Below, in pieces: positions 20,331 through 30,944 of a DNA stretch of 64,000 nt. Each line of letters opens with the position of its first letter. The stretch's first letter is position 1. The notes under the pieces are model-generated. The model saw only the letters and a program-made list of their open reading frames with translations. It searched no databases and was not told where the DNA came from. The translations under genes and the position numbers were made by a program. The stretch covers positions 4,277-68,276 of the forward strand of contig CAWILF010000027.1 of NCBI GenBank assembly GCA_963836885.1. Reading direction: 5' to 3'. Source of the DNA: an uncultured Flavobacteriaceae bacterium. Its GTDB lineage: Bacteria; Bacteroidota; Bacteroidia; Flavobacteriales; Flavobacteriaceae.

Positions 20331-21944
20331 CTACACTTCTGCATCAAGCAAATCTGTGGCGATGTGATAGCGTGGATCTTCGATACTGGTTTCAATTATG
20401 GTTTCAAATTCTGGATTGTGCCTCATGAGAAGTTCCTTACATTCAGGACTTAAATGGATCAGTTTTATTTCCTTACCTAGATTCAGATACTTGTTGGCTA
20501 CATTGCGCAGCGCTTCGATCCCGCTGTGATCTTGTACTCTGGATTCAATGAAGTCTATTTCCGTTTTTTGGGGATCACCCTTGGGGTCAAATTTTGTATT
20601 AAAATCTGTTACCGAACCAAAGAATAGCGGTCCCCAGATTTCATAAACCTTGGTACCGTCCTGTTTGAACTTTTTGCGGGCGCGTATGCGCCTCGCACTT
20701 TGCCACGCAAATACCAGTGCACTCATAATCACACCGACAATTACCGCAATCGCTAGATCTTTCCACACCGTTATCGCACTTACTGCCACTAGCACCAGCA
20801 AATCTGCAAAGGGAATTTTATTGATGATACGGAAGCTACTCCAGGCAAAGGTTCCTATGACTACCATGAACATCACTCCCACGAGCGCGGCAATAGGGAT
20901 TTGTTCTATAATCGGTGCTCCAAATAAGATGATAAGCAACAATGCCACCGCGGCGACAACTCCCGACAACCTTCCCCTACCACCAGAGTTTACATTAATT
21001 ATGGACTGGCCGATCATCGCACAACCTCCCATTCCACCAAACAGGCCGTTGACAATATTTGCAGATCCCTGCGCGACACATTCCCGATTACCACTACCAC
21101 GGGTTTCCGTAAGGTCATCCACCAGATTGAGCGTCATCAAGGACTCAATAAGTCCCACCGCTGCCAGTGAGCCAGCAGTTACAAAAACCAGTGCCCAGTT
21201 TCCTGCCATGGTATCAAAAAGCGTAAAGATCTGAAATTGAAATTCAGGCAAAGAGCCTTCTAGCCCACTACCGCCACCGTTCTTAATGAATGAGCCCACG
21301 GTAGCCACATCTAACTTTGTAAATATCGTTATGGCCGCAACAACGACTATTCCTGCCAGTGCTGCCGGTACGGCTTTGGTTAATTTTGGTAAAAAATACA
21401 TGATTGCCATGGTCAGTGCTACCAGACCCAGCATGATATATAAAGAGTTGCCAGCCAACCAGGTTTTGCTATCGCCAGTTCCAGTTTTGAAAAAATCCAG
21501 CTGTGCAAGAAAAATGACAATGGCCAGACCGTTCACAAACCCCATCATCACGGGATGCGGTATCAAACGTACAAACTTACCCAGTTTAAAAAGTCCCGCA
21601 GATATCTGAATGATCCCCACGATAAGTAGCGTGATAAACAACCATTGTAGTCCTAAGTTGTTGATGGGGTCATCTAACTCCAGACCTACTTCGTTTCCTT
21701 TTTTGATCAGGTTGACCATTACCACAGCCATTGCACCGGTCGCACCAGAGATCATCCCTGGTCTACCGCCAAAAAGTGCCGTGATCAATCCCATCATAAA
21801 AGCGCCATAAAGTCCCACCATAGGATCTACTCCCGCAAAAAATGCAAAGGCTACCGCCTCGGGAACCAATGCCAGCGCAACGGTGATTCCCGAGAGGATA
21901 TCATTTTTAGGATTGCCTATAAAGTTGTTGAAGATCTTGCCCAT
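20331..21944 (-). CDS. SulP family inorganic anion transporter with STAS domain
   Basis: VALALVPEAVAF, GGRPGMISG, GGMGGCAMIGQS and GPLFFGS motifs. Confidence 0.93.
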   Translation of the reverse strand: MGKIFNNFIGNPKNDILSGITVALALVPEAVAFAFFAGVDPMVGLYGAFMMGLITALFGGRPGMISGATGAMAVVMVNLIKKGNEVGLELDDPINNLGLQWLFITLLIVGIIQISAGLFKLGKFVRLIPHPVMMGFVNGLAIVIFLAQLDFFKTGTGDSKTWLAGNSLYIMLGLVALTMAIMYFLPKLTKAVPAALAGIVVVAAITIFTKLDVATVGSFIKNGGGSGLEGSLPEFQFQIFTLFDTMAGNWALVFVTAGSLAAVGLIESLMTLNLVDDLTETRGSGNRECVAQGSANIVNGLFGGMGGCAMIGQSIINVNSGGRGRLSGVVAAVALLLIILFGAPIIEQIPIAALVGVMFMVVIGTFAWSSFRIINKIPFADLLVLVAVSAITVWKDLAIAVIVGVIMSALVFAWQSARRIRARKKFKQDGTKVYEIWGPLFFGSVTDFNTKFDPKGDPQKTEIDFIESRVQDHSGIEALRNVANKYLNLGKEIKLIHLSPECKELLMRHNPEFETIIETSIEDPRYHIATDLLDAEV

Positions 21945-22165
21945 GACTTTTTATTTGAGCGTGCAAAAATACGCTGAAATAAAGGATTAGAAATAACCAC
22001 AACATACAGAAGAATTATTTGATGAAATAACCAATCCCATGAGAAACCTCATCAATCATAAAATAAAATTTAAAATTCTTGATACTAATCATACGTATTG
22101 GTTATCAGAAGATTAAACCTGAATAAAGTCATCACTCAAAAACCAACTTGAAATACTCGCAAAAA

Positions 22166-22191
22166 AAAAGCTGTCATAAAAGACAGCTTTT
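22166..22191 (-). terminator. Intrinsic terminator
   Basis: AAAAGCTGTC / GACAGCTTTT downstream of the 22217-22552 gene. Confidence 0.8.
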
Positions 22192-22216
22192 CTCAAAATA
22201 TTATTATAGAAATTTA

Positions 22217-22552
22217 CTAGTTATAAACTTCCTGCTTGTTGTGGTGGACGCAAAGCATGTAATAAACGATTGCTCGGTATTTTGCTTTTTCGCTCTTGCC
22301 GTATTTCTCCATTACTGCTTCCACCGATGCCATAAGATTATCTCCTGTCAGGCTTAGTTTTTTCTGAAGATAGTTGGTTACAACGCGTTCCATTTCTGAC
22401 TTTTCGGCGCTTAGGGTTTCTGCATCCCTGTTATAGATGGATGGTCCCAGTCCTTTGGTGACTTTTCTCAAAAGCTCTTCATCCAGTTTTCCGCCTACTT
22501 TTTCCTTGTAGGCAGCCGTGTATTTTTCTAGTTTTTCTTCAAATTTGCTCAT
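22217..22552 (-). CDS. DUF2853 family protein
   Basis: KVTKGLGPSIYNRDA and KYRAIVYYML motifs. Confidence 0.8.
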   Translation of the reverse strand: MSKFEEKLEKYTAAYKEKVGGKLDEELLRKVTKGLGPSIYNRDAETLSAEKSEMERVVTNYLQKKLSLTGDNLMASVEAVMEKYGKSEKAKYRAIVYYMLCVHHNKQEVYN

Positions 22553-22612
22553 AGGTATAATTAAGTTTTGGATTATCAGCTAAAAATAGACAATTAAATC
22601 GTCCCAAAAAAA

Positions 22613-24283
22613 CTATCTCAAGAATTTAAAATAATCCAGCAATACGGTCTCGTTCACCTCGCTGGGCGTACATATTTCAATCAGTTGTGGGCTATCGTTG
22701 TTGTTCATAAAGTTGGAATACGCTTTCGCGAAAGCGGACTCCCCTTCCACCCTATGATATTCAAAGTTGAACATGTTACAGAGATGGGAAGCATCCAGAT
22801 CGTGCTTGGTCTCAAAAAAGGTATCAAATTCCGCACTGTCGCGATGTCCCGGCAGTATCCTAAAAATTCCACCACCCGAATTATTGATAAGAATTATTTT
22901 AAAATTTTTAGGTATATAGTTGTTCCATAGCGCATTAGAGTCATAAAAAAAACTGATATCTCCCGTAATCAATATACATGGCAGGTCAGATTTCATAGCT
23001 GCACCTATCGCCGTGCTCGTACATCCATCGATACCGCTGGTTCCACGATTGGAAAAAATAACATGACTGTCATCCATCGGGAAGAGTTGTGCATAACGTA
23101 TGGTGCTGCTGTTGCCCAACTGCAGTAAGCGATGAGCTGGCATGTCCTTAAAAATCAATTCAAATGCCTTGAGGTCAGACCACTGTATTTGGTTTAAATA
23201 AATAGTTCTGGATTTGAGTTTAGTGTTAAAACTGCTGATCCAAAAAGACTGATAATTACTGTTTTGATAATGTTTTGGCAGTAGTTCAATAACTTCGGAA
23301 GGAGGTAGCTCAACGTGACCTTTTAAAGCGAAAAAGGTGTCGTAAGCCTTGTTCTCACCCACGTGGTAATGCATCAATCCCTTCACCTTGCGCAAAAATT
23401 GCTTTATTTTTTTGGAAACGATCATGCCTCCCATGGTGATTACTAGATCGGGATTGAGTTGCTGGATCTGAGAGCTGTCCGACTCCATGGGAGCAATCAA
23501 GGTGTCGATCGACCAGATTACCCTGGGGTGAATCACATTTGCACTGACCTCACTCATGACTAGCACTGATGGATCTGATAGCAAAAGATCCAGATCCTGT
23601 GTGCTCAAACTATCCTTATATAAGGTCGAGATGATGACCAGCTTTCTCGAAGACCTGAGATAATCGCCTATAAAATTATCAATACCACCTTTTATCGGCG
23701 CAATTTCATTAGTGGTTGAGTTGACACTTATCTGGGCCTCATCGACCATTTCATAAAGTGGCTCTTCAAATGGAATATTGATATGAACCGGACCGCTAGA
23801 ACTGATTGCCGCATTAATTGCGAGATTAAGTTTGTCCTCGTTCAAAACAATGGCTGCACTATTATCTGTAACCATAATCGGTTCTAATTGAACTTCTTCC
23901 AGAATATGGTTTGAAAAAACGTGCTGCTGACGAATGGTCTGCCCATCTGCAATGTCAATTTTATGGACGGGTCTGTCCGCACTAATCACGATCAACGGAA
24001 TCTCGCTATAAAAAGCTTCGGCAATTGCGGGATAATAATTGAGTAGCGCGCTGCCACTGGTACATATCATGGCTACAGGTTTTCTCAACTGCTGAGCCAT
24101 GCCCAGTGCCACGTGTGCTGCACAGCGCTCATCCACGATACTAAAACATTTAAAATAGGGAATATTAGCAAATCCTAGAATTAATGGCGCATTGCGGGAA
24201 CCAGGAGATATAACAACATTTTCAATGCCTTTTTTCATAAGCATCAATAGCAATTGCTGGGCATGTAAATGTTTTGGGAACAT
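22613..24283 (-). CDS. menD: SEPHCHC synthase (menaquinone biosynthesis)
   Basis: ISPGSRNAPL, DERCAA, NRGTSGIDG, GDISFFYD and NNSGGGIF motifs. Confidence 0.95.
   Translation of the reverse strand: MFPKHLHAQQLLLMLMKKGIENVVISPGSRNAPLILGFANIPYFKCFSIVDERCAAHVALGMAQQLRKPVAMICTSGSALLNYYPAIAEAFYSEIPLIVISADRPVHKIDIADGQTIRQQHVFSNHILEEVQLEPIMVTDNSAAIVLNEDKLNLAINAAISSSGPVHINIPFEEPLYEMVDEAQISVNSTTNEIAPIKGGIDNFIGDYLRSSRKLVIISTLYKDSLSTQDLDLLLSDPSVLVMSEVSANVIHPRVIWSIDTLIAPMESDSSQIQQLNPDLVITMGGMIVSKKIKQFLRKVKGLMHYHVGENKAYDTFFALKGHVELPPSEVIELLPKHYQNSNYQSFWISSFNTKLKSRTIYLNQIQWSDLKAFELIFKDMPAHRLLQLGNSSTIRYAQLFPMDDSHVIFSNRGTSGIDGCTSTAIGAAMKSDLPCILITGDISFFYDSNALWNNYIPKNFKIILINNSGGGIFRILPGHRDSAEFDTFFETKHDLDASHLCNMFNFEYHRVEGESAFAKAYSNFMNNNDSPQLIEICTPSEVNETVLLDYFKFLR
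22721..22736. repeat. Palindrome copy inside menD (ESAFAKAYS)
   Basis: CGCTTTCGCGAAAGCG in frame. Confidence 0.95.
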
Positions 24284-24873
24284 GTTATTACGTTTAATAG
24301 ATGTTTAGGTTTAAAAATTCCATTCAATAGGTTCAATAACAGCGTCAATGCTCATCATTAATAAAAAAAGTTTTCTAGTGAGTACGATCACAAATTATCA
24401 TTTCTCAATCTGTTATAGACAATGTAACCTAATAACATCTCGCATAATCAAACACAGACAAAGGTAAATACTGAAAAAATGAACCTCTTGGCATTAACAC
24501 GTAATTATTATATCCAAAGCCATTAATTATAAGGCAATCAACTATTATGTAACTCTCAAAATATCAAAGCAGATTGCTGGTAATGGTCTGTATTTAAAAA
24601 AATGTGAGAAAAATTCAACCGCGTTAGACGATTATTAAAAATATTTAACGATCTTTAAGTAATCTTATATAAGTAGTCTATGATCCTGATCAAGTACGTA
24701 ATTTACTATTCCTTTATAGGTGTATATCAAACTAAGCTGGCCGCGCAAAAGTTATTTGTAAAAACCTCAATTCAATTGGATCGATTGAACAAGGTTAAAA
24801 ATAATGAGGGAGAGATTACCGCCTTGCGCACCACACTCCTGCGTACCGCGTTCCGAAGTATTTTATAATGGCT

Positions 24874-25920
24874 CTAGAGCAGCCTGTACATAGTTTTCAT
24901 TTTATTAACCGTCTCTTCATATTCTGCCACGGCATCGCTTTTTGCTGTAATGCCACCACCCGCGTACAAGGTGGCTCCATTTTCTGTAAGCTCCATACAA
25001 CGTAGGTTTACAAAATATTCTTGCTCTTGGGCGGTGATAAGTCCCAAGTATCCCGTATAAAAAGAGCGGTCATAGCCCTCATTATCCAGTATATATTTGA
25101 GCGCAAGTGCCTTGGGCAGCCCGCATACCGCTGGTGTGGGGTGCAATTTGTGTAAATAGTCCAATGCTGTTTTTGAATCGGGCATTTTTGCAGTTATTGC
25201 GCTGTGAAGGTGTAATAGATTTCCTGCCTTGATTGTTTGCAACTCTCCTATCTCTAGTTGTTCAACACCTACTCGTCTCAGATCATCCACGATGGAATCG
25301 GTGACAAATCGCTGCTCTTCCAGTTCCTTTCTTCCCCACTCGTTTGCTTTTTCACCACCTAATTTTCTTGTACCAGCTAGCGACATCGTATGTAACATTT
25401 TTCCCTTAATTGACAACAATATTTCTGGCGTTGCTCCACACCATTTTCCTATTTTGGGATGGTAAAAAAAATAACAGTTGGCATCTGGATATAGATCAAG
25501 TAGGTTTGATATAATTTTTTCGTTGTTAAAATGACCTTTAATAGGTTGCTTTCGCGAAAGCACAACTTTCCTCAAACTACCCGTTTTAATAAAACCTACC
25601 GCATCATTAACCATTTTTATATATGATTCCCTCGACCCGTCTTCTGGAATTATATCTTGAGTTCCTTCCAAAGAGTCATTACCAATAGAAATTTCATAAT
25701 TAAATTTAAAGTTTACTTCACCATGTATAAAATACTGGTCTTTAATATTTAAAAACTTTGAAAAACTAACGCAAGTCATTTTGTCATGCTGTTGTAAATG
25801 CAGTCTTTCATCGTTTTGATGAATGAGTCTCACCGTTTCTTCCCCTTTTTTCCTGATCATAAAGAATGGAAGGTTACTACTTAATAGTTCGTTGATCTTT
25901 ATAAATAATTGTGAGTTCAA
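24874..25920 (-). CDS. menF: Isochorismate synthase
   Basis: KVVLSR, GATPE, SLAGT, LHPTPAVCG, NLRC and YAGGGI motifs. Confidence 0.9.
   Translation of the reverse strand: MNSQLFIKINELLSSNLPFFMIRKKGEETVRLIHQNDERLHLQQHDKMTCVSFSKFLNIKDQYFIHGEVNFKFNYEISIGNDSLEGTQDIIPEDGSRESYIKMVNDAVGFIKTGSLRKVVLSRKQPIKGHFNNEKIISNLLDLYPDANCYFFYHPKIGKWCGATPEILLSIKGKMLHTMSLAGTRKLGGEKANEWGRKELEEQRFVTDSIVDDLRRVGVEQLEIGELQTIKAGNLLHLHSAITAKMPDSKTALDYLHKLHPTPAVCGLPKALALKYILDNEGYDRSFYTGYLGLITAQEQEYFVNLRCMELTENGATLYAGGGITAKSDAVAEYEETVNKMKTMYRLL
25547..25562. repeat. Palindrome copy inside menF, overprinted on the conserved KVVLSR motif
   Basis: TGCTTTCGCGAAAGCA encodes VLSRKQ on the minus strand. Confidence 0.95.
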
Positions 25921-25988
25921 ACCTTAGATTTAGTGTTTATGAATTATAGAATTTATGTGGCATAATTTTAAGACCACTCCCCTATTTT

Positions 25989-26414
25989 CTATTTATTGGG
26001 TTCTCGCAGTAGAGCGATGGTCGTCAGTTTGCAAATGGAAATTAGTTCATTATTCCCGTTGACTATTTTAATTTCCCATACTTGAGTAGTGCGGCCTTTA
26101 TGTATAAATCGTGCGGTTGCATAGACGTAACCTTCCTTTATGGACTTGGTATGGTTTGCATTGATCTCCAGACCACGTATCATAAATTTATCAGTATCCA
26201 AAAACATGTGACTTGCCGCGCTTCCCACAGACTCTGCCAGGGCAACACTCGCACCTCCATGTAATACTCCGTCGGGTTGATGCACCTTGGCTGTTACGGG
26301 CATTCTTGCGGTAAGAAAATCTTCGCCTACTTTTATGAACTCTATTTCTAGAGTTTCCATAAGTGTGTCCTTGTTCATGGCGTTGCATATCGCCAGTATT
26401 GCTGTATTGTCCAT
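25989..26414 (-). CDS. menI: PaaI/hotdog thioesterase, probable DHNA-CoA hydrolase
   Basis: QPDGVLHGGASVALAES motif; adjacent to menF. Confidence 0.8.
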   Translation of the reverse strand: MDNTAILAICNAMNKDTLMETLEIEFIKVGEDFLTARMPVTAKVHQPDGVLHGGASVALAESVGSAASHMFLDTDKFMIRGLEINANHTKSIKEGYVYATARFIHKGRTTQVWEIKIVNGNNELISICKLTTIALLREPNK

Positions 26415-26450
26415 ATATTTACATTAAAATTGATGTAAAGGTCGCTAACT

Positions 26451-27095
26451 ATGATTAAAACGGTAGGTTATACCCACACTAATTCCTATGAAACCTTAAA
26501 TAAACTGACCAAAGAGACTCGCAATATATGGTTGTGCTTTCATGGTCTGGGCTATCTTTCCAAGTATTTCAAGAACTATTTTGAAGGATTTGATGCGGGA
26601 CAAAATTATATTATCGTGCCGCAAGCTCCCTCTAAGTTCTACCTGGATAAAAAATTTAAAAACGTAGGTGCCAGCTGGCTTACTCGTGTAGATACCGATC
26701 AAGAGATGAAAAACAACCTTAAATATATTGATGAAATATTGAATGTTGAGGGTATAAAAGGAGATAAGCGCATCGTATTATTTGGATATTCACAGGGCGT
26801 GTCCATTGCCATGAGAACACTGAGACATTTGCGCTCACCGATAAAAGCTCTAATAATGCATAGCGGCAGCATTCCCAACGAGTTGGATCAACAAGATGCC
26901 GATAATTTTAATACCAATTGCTCGCGATTTATCCACATTTCTGGTACACAGGATGAATACTCCGATGAGTCCGTAATAGTTCGAGAAATGGAGAAGATAA
27001 AAAAATTGTTTGGTACGAAATGTGAAATACACAGACCAGAAATTAAACACGTTGTGCACGTTCCCTTGTTAGAAAAAATTGCCTCAAACCTATAG
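26451..27095 (+). CDS. Alpha/beta hydrolase (esterase)
   Basis: HGLG oxyanion motif and GYSQG nucleophile elbow. Confidence 0.85.
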   Translation: MIKTVGYTHTNSYETLNKLTKETRNIWLCFHGLGYLSKYFKNYFEGFDAGQNYIIVPQAPSKFYLDKKFKNVGASWLTRVDTDQEMKNNLKYIDEILNVEGIKGDKRIVLFGYSQGVSIAMRTLRHLRSPIKALIMHSGSIPNELDQQDADNFNTNCSRFIHISGTQDEYSDESVIVREMEKIKKLFGTKCEIHRPEIKHVVHVPLLEKIASNL

Positions 27096-27099
27096 ATTC

Positions 27100-27690
27100 A
27101 TGGAAGTAGTATTTGCAACCCACAATTTAAATAAATTGGAGGAAATCCAGCGTTTAGTTCCTGAACACATCAAGCTTATCAGCCTCGATGAACTAGGGAT
27201 CGAAGAAACAATTCCGGAAACCAGCGGTACTATTGCGGGAAATGCGATTCAAAAGGTTGAGTTTCTTAAACTGAGAACTAAACTACCGATTTTTGCAGAC
27301 GATACGGGATTACTGGTAAACGCTCTTGATGGCGAGCCGGGTGTTGATAGTGCTCATTACGCAGGAGAACAAAGAGACGATAAGGCAAACATGAATCTTG
27401 TTCTACAAAGATTAAAACATGTGAATGACCGTTCAGCTAGATTTATTACCGTAATTGCGATGGAAATGAATGGATATCAAACACTTTTTGAAGGTGTTTG
27501 TGAAGGTTCCATCAGCTCAATTCCTGTTGGAAAAGAAGGATTTGGTTATGACCCTATTTTTTTACCCAATGGATCAGATCGTACCTTTGCTCAAATGAGT
27601 ATGGAGGAGAAGGGTAAAATAAGTCATAGGGCAATAGCGTTTAGAAGGCTTATCAATTATTTATCCCAAACCAGTAAAGTAAAAAAATAA
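27100..27690 (+). CDS. rdgB: Non-canonical purine NTP pyrophosphatase
   Basis: FATHNLNK, ADDTGL, GFGYDPIF and ISHR motifs. Confidence 0.93.
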   Translation: MEVVFATHNLNKLEEIQRLVPEHIKLISLDELGIEETIPETSGTIAGNAIQKVEFLKLRTKLPIFADDTGLLVNALDGEPGVDSAHYAGEQRDDKANMNLVLQRLKHVNDRSARFITVIAMEMNGYQTLFEGVCEGSISSIPVGKEGFGYDPIFLPNGSDRTFAQMSMEEKGKISHRAIAFRRLINYLSQTSKVKK

Positions 27691-27738
27691 AACACTAACA
27701 GACTATAGGACTAGCTCTAAATGTCCGCATTATATATC

Positions 27739-28524
27739 ATGAAAAATCAACTACTTATTTTTTTACTCGCCTTAATAGTTCCTACACTATTGCCTGCTCA
27801 GACTCCACCGCCATCAACCCAGACCGCTTCACCAATTGTGAAGGGAACCGTTTTAAATGCCAAGGATGACTCCATACTGAGCAATGTAAACATTGTGAAC
27901 CTTAATCAGGTCAAAGGAACAATTACTCTGGAAGATGGACATTTTGAGATTCCTGCAAAGGTTAATGACACGCTGTATTTTTCCTATTTGGGTTTTGAGA
28001 CGATAAACGTAAGAGTTACTGACGACTGGCTCAAATATGGAGATGTTACCATTTCCATGACCGAGAAGGGAATTGCTCTTGAAGAAGTTGTTGTCAAAGA
28101 ATTTGCGCTTACCGGATATCTAGAAATAGATGCAAAACGAGCGCCCATCTATGCTTCAAGAAGATATAGCATTAATGGATTGGATCAGGGATATGAGGCA
28201 GGCAGTGACGAGCCAGGAGCGTTCACTAAAACACTAGGTTCCATCTTTAATCCAGCCGATTTTCTCTACGGTGTATTTGGTAAAAAGGGCGGCAACATGC
28301 GCAAGCTGCGCGAGATCAAGAAAGAAGATGAAATTAGAAACTTACTTCAGAAAAAATATGACCGAGAGACCTTATCCAGCCTTTTACAGATGGACAAGGT
28401 CAGTATAGACGCTATTTTACGCAACTGTCAATATTCCAAGAAATTTATACTTGAGGCAAACGACCTTCAAATATTAGACGCAATTAGTGAATGTTATGAA
28501 GAGTATAAGGTTTTAAAGAAGTAA
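27739..28524 (+). CDS. Secreted carboxypeptidase-like regulatory domain protein
   Basis: Signal peptide; DTLYFSYLGFET and LEEVVV motifs. Confidence 0.8.
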   Translation: MKNQLLIFLLALIVPTLLPAQTPPPSTQTASPIVKGTVLNAKDDSILSNVNIVNLNQVKGTITLEDGHFEIPAKVNDTLYFSYLGFETINVRVTDDWLKYGDVTISMTEKGIALEEVVVKEFALTGYLEIDAKRAPIYASRRYSINGLDQGYEAGSDEPGAFTKTLGSIFNPADFLYGVFGKKGGNMRKLREIKKEDEIRNLLQKKYDRETLSSLLQMDKVSIDAILRNCQYSKKFILEANDLQILDAISECYEEYKVLKK

Positions 28525-28828
28525 ACGTGATTTTAAATACTCTGTTAGCTTTAAGGTTATATGAGTTTATCACAGAAAAGTTGGTTGATAGAACTTGATA
28601 GATTTTTTTGAACTATGTTTAGTTCAGCATACATAATTAGATTTTTATCTCCCGACGTGATCAGGAATCCTATCTTTAAACAATCGATCCTATTGCAATT
28701 AGGGCAAAGGGTTTGAATTAGTAGATGCTATCCCAAACCTGCTCGGGCAACGTGGGATGGAATCCGTCAAAACGAAAATAAATCCATATCAGGTTCAAGT
28801 TTTCTCAATAAGCAAATCGTATAAACTG

Positions 28829-28855
28829 AAAAACCACGCTATGAGCGTGGTTTTT
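28829..28855 (-). terminator. Terminator downstream of tRNA-Arg
   Basis: AAAAACCACGCT-atg-AGCGTGGTTTTT. Confidence 0.85.
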
Positions 28856-28863
28856 ACTTTGAG

Positions 28864-28937
28864 TGAGCCCTGCAGGATTCGAACCTGCGACCGCCTCCTT
28901 AGAAGGGAGGTGCTCTATCCAGCTGAGCTAAGAGCCC
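28864..28937 (-). tRNA. tRNA-Arg (anticodon UCU)
   Basis: Reverse complement folds as a cloverleaf: GGGCTCT acceptor, TAGCTCAGCTGGATAGAGC D-arm, CCTCC-CT-TCT-AA-GGAGG anticodon arm, GGTTCGAATCC T-arm; no encoded CCA. Confidence 0.97.
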
Positions 28938-29053
28938 TCGTGCTTATTTTAAGCGGTTGCAAATATACTATTATTTTATAAAAGTGCGAACTTTAAGAGA
29001 AAATTCAAGAAACAGAATGATGTGAATTGTACCTACAACAGTACTTTTGCACG

Positions 29054-29935
29054 ATGAATTTAAATAAACTCTTGTTAACGAGTGCCTTTGCCCTCTTGAT
29101 CGCAGCCGGTTCACTAGCCCAAAATTTCAAAGCAGACCTTTTTACCGCGCAGGATGTTGATGAGATGTCCACCTGGGGATTGTTGAAATATGACGGGCTT
29201 AATGCGTTCAACAGTATTGCCTATGCCTATACCAGACCATTTCACTGGGGCAGGAATGATTTTTATCGCGCTGGAGGTACACTTGCCATCGTAGGTGGGA
29301 TTTATCTGGTGGATGAGGAAATAAGTGATTTTGGCCGTCGCAACAGGGATGATATACCGCAGACTATTCGGGATTTTGGTTGGTATTTTGGAAGTCCACA
29401 AAATAATTATGGCGTTACCGCTGGTATTTATGCCTATGGACTCATTGCCAAAGATCCAGAATGGCGTCGCACGGGAGTACTTATGATTTCCAGTGCCACC
29501 GCTGGTGGGCTTTTGCAACAGATCTTAAAAACACTAACGGGAAGAGCGAGGCCACAAACTGATGTGGGTAAAGATGTTTTTATTCCGTTTTCTGGAGAGT
29601 CGGGATACCGCAGTTTTCCGTCGGGTCATACCGTACTGGCGTTTACAACGGCTTATGCACTGGCAAAACACTTTGATAATCCATGGGTCAAGGCAGGAAT
29701 ATATGGCGTAGGACTCATATCTCCAGCATCTAGAGTGTGGGAAGGTGCACACTATTTGAGTGATGTAGTTTTGAGTATGGCAATCGTGATCGCAACCGTA
29801 GAAGGAGTTGACCGTTTTCTGGACACGCGTACCGGCTATGGGAAAAAACGTTACGGTACAAAGCAAAAAGATCGTAAGGTTGCGTGGAATGTAACGGCTA
29901 CTACGCGGACGGTCGGAATATCGTTGCAGTTTTAA
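29054..29935 (+). CDS. PAP2 family phosphatase
   Basis: KTLTGRARP, SFPSGH and SRVWEGAHYLSDV motifs. Confidence 0.92.
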   Translation: MNLNKLLLTSAFALLIAAGSLAQNFKADLFTAQDVDEMSTWGLLKYDGLNAFNSIAYAYTRPFHWGRNDFYRAGGTLAIVGGIYLVDEEISDFGRRNRDDIPQTIRDFGWYFGSPQNNYGVTAGIYAYGLIAKDPEWRRTGVLMISSATAGGLLQQILKTLTGRARPQTDVGKDVFIPFSGESGYRSFPSGHTVLAFTTAYALAKHFDNPWVKAGIYGVGLISPASRVWEGAHYLSDVVLSMAIVIATVEGVDRFLDTRTGYGKKRYGTKQKDRKVAWNVTATTRTVGISLQF

Positions 29936-29991
29936 TTGTTTCTCCATGGAACAATTTCTAAATTAAATTTCATCTCCCTAACACAACCACT

Positions 29992-30588
29992 ATGCCTTAT
30001 AGAGCATTTGAAGAGTACAACATTAAAGTAACCGAAGAAATTAAATCCAAATACAAAGAGGTCATTACTGAGCTGGGCGAGGACGTGCAGCGAGAAGGAT
30101 TATTAAAAACGCCAGAACGCGCGGCAAAGGCCATGCAGTTTCTTACATCTGGATACAACATCGATCCCGCAGTAATCCTTAAAGCAGCCATGTTTGCCGA
30201 AGATTATAACGATATGGTCATCGTAAAGGACATAGAACTATATTCACTTTGTGAACATCACATGTTGCCGTTTTTTGGTAAGGCACACATCGCTTATATT
30301 CCTAACGGTCACATCGTAGGACTTTCTAAAATCCCTAGGATCGTGGATGTTTTTGCCCGCAGGTTGCAGGTGCAGGAACGATTGACCCACGATATTCTTG
30401 AATGTATTGATAAAACCTTAAAACCTAAAGGTGTAGCCGTGGTAATTGAGGCGTCGCACATGTGCATGATGATGCGCGGTGTTCAAAAGCAAAATTCCTC
30501 GACAACGACCAGCGGTTTCAGGGGTCAATTTGAAAAAACGGAGACGAGAACTGAGTTTTTACACCTCATTTCTTCCAAGTTGCATTAA
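29992..30588 (+). CDS. folE: GTP cyclohydrolase I
   Basis: [27 protein letters not shown] and HMCMMMRG motifs. Confidence 0.97.
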   Translation: MPYRAFEEYNIKVTEEIKSKYKEVITELGEDVQREGLLKTPERAAKAMQFLTSGYNIDPAVILKAAMFAEDYNDMVIVKDIELYSLCEHHMLPFFGKAHIAYIPNGHIVGLSKIPRIVDVFARRLQVQERLTHDILECIDKTLKPKGVAVVIEASHMCMMMRGVQKQNSSTTTSGFRGQFEKTETRTEFLHLISSKLH

Positions 30589-30637
30589 TATTTTTTGGAA
30601 CGTTTTTTGACTTTACATCAATGTAAAATTAAAAATT

Positions 30638-30922
30638 ATGTTTCAAGATAAAAAATCAAAATTAATCGCAGGGATCATCTTTGATCTTATAGGTTTTGCC
30701 ACTCCATTTCTTCTAGATCTGATGTGGGCGCCTATATCTGGTTATCTCATGAGTAAAATGTATAAAGGTCAAATGGGTAAAACGGCAAGTGTCTTAGTGA
30801 CGATTGAAGAATTGATCCCAGGCCTAGACATCATTCCATCGTTTACCATCATGTGGTTTTACACCTACGTTATAAACGCAGAAAAAGAAGTTGAAGACGC
30901 AACTTATGTCGAAGTAGAATAA
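30638..30922 (+). CDS. Small hypothetical membrane protein
   Basis: 94-aa hydrophobic ORF with EELIPGLDIIPSFT, followed by a terminator. Confidence 0.75.
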   Translation: MFQDKKSKLIAGIIFDLIGFATPFLLDLMWAPISGYLMSKMYKGQMGKTASVLVTIEELIPGLDIIPSFTIMWFYTYVINAEKEVEDATYVEVE

Positions 30923-30944
30923 TCTAACTCTCATTTTAAATTTC

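Noticed and set aside
24284..24873. 590-bp AT-rich gap between menF and menD, including a 62-aa ORF
   Set aside because: No convincing ORF, repeat or RNA structure seen; may be a remnant or regulatory DNA but I cannot support a call.
28640..28760. Weak inverted repeats (TCCCGACGTGATCAGGA; ATCCCA...TGGGAT) beyond the tRNA 3' end, as an integration scar or REP
   Set aside because: Degenerate and single-copy in the window; no duplicated tRNA 3' end and no integrase.
28757..28981. 74-aa ORF in the ORF track
   Set aside because: It is the antisense reading of tRNA-Arg and its terminator.
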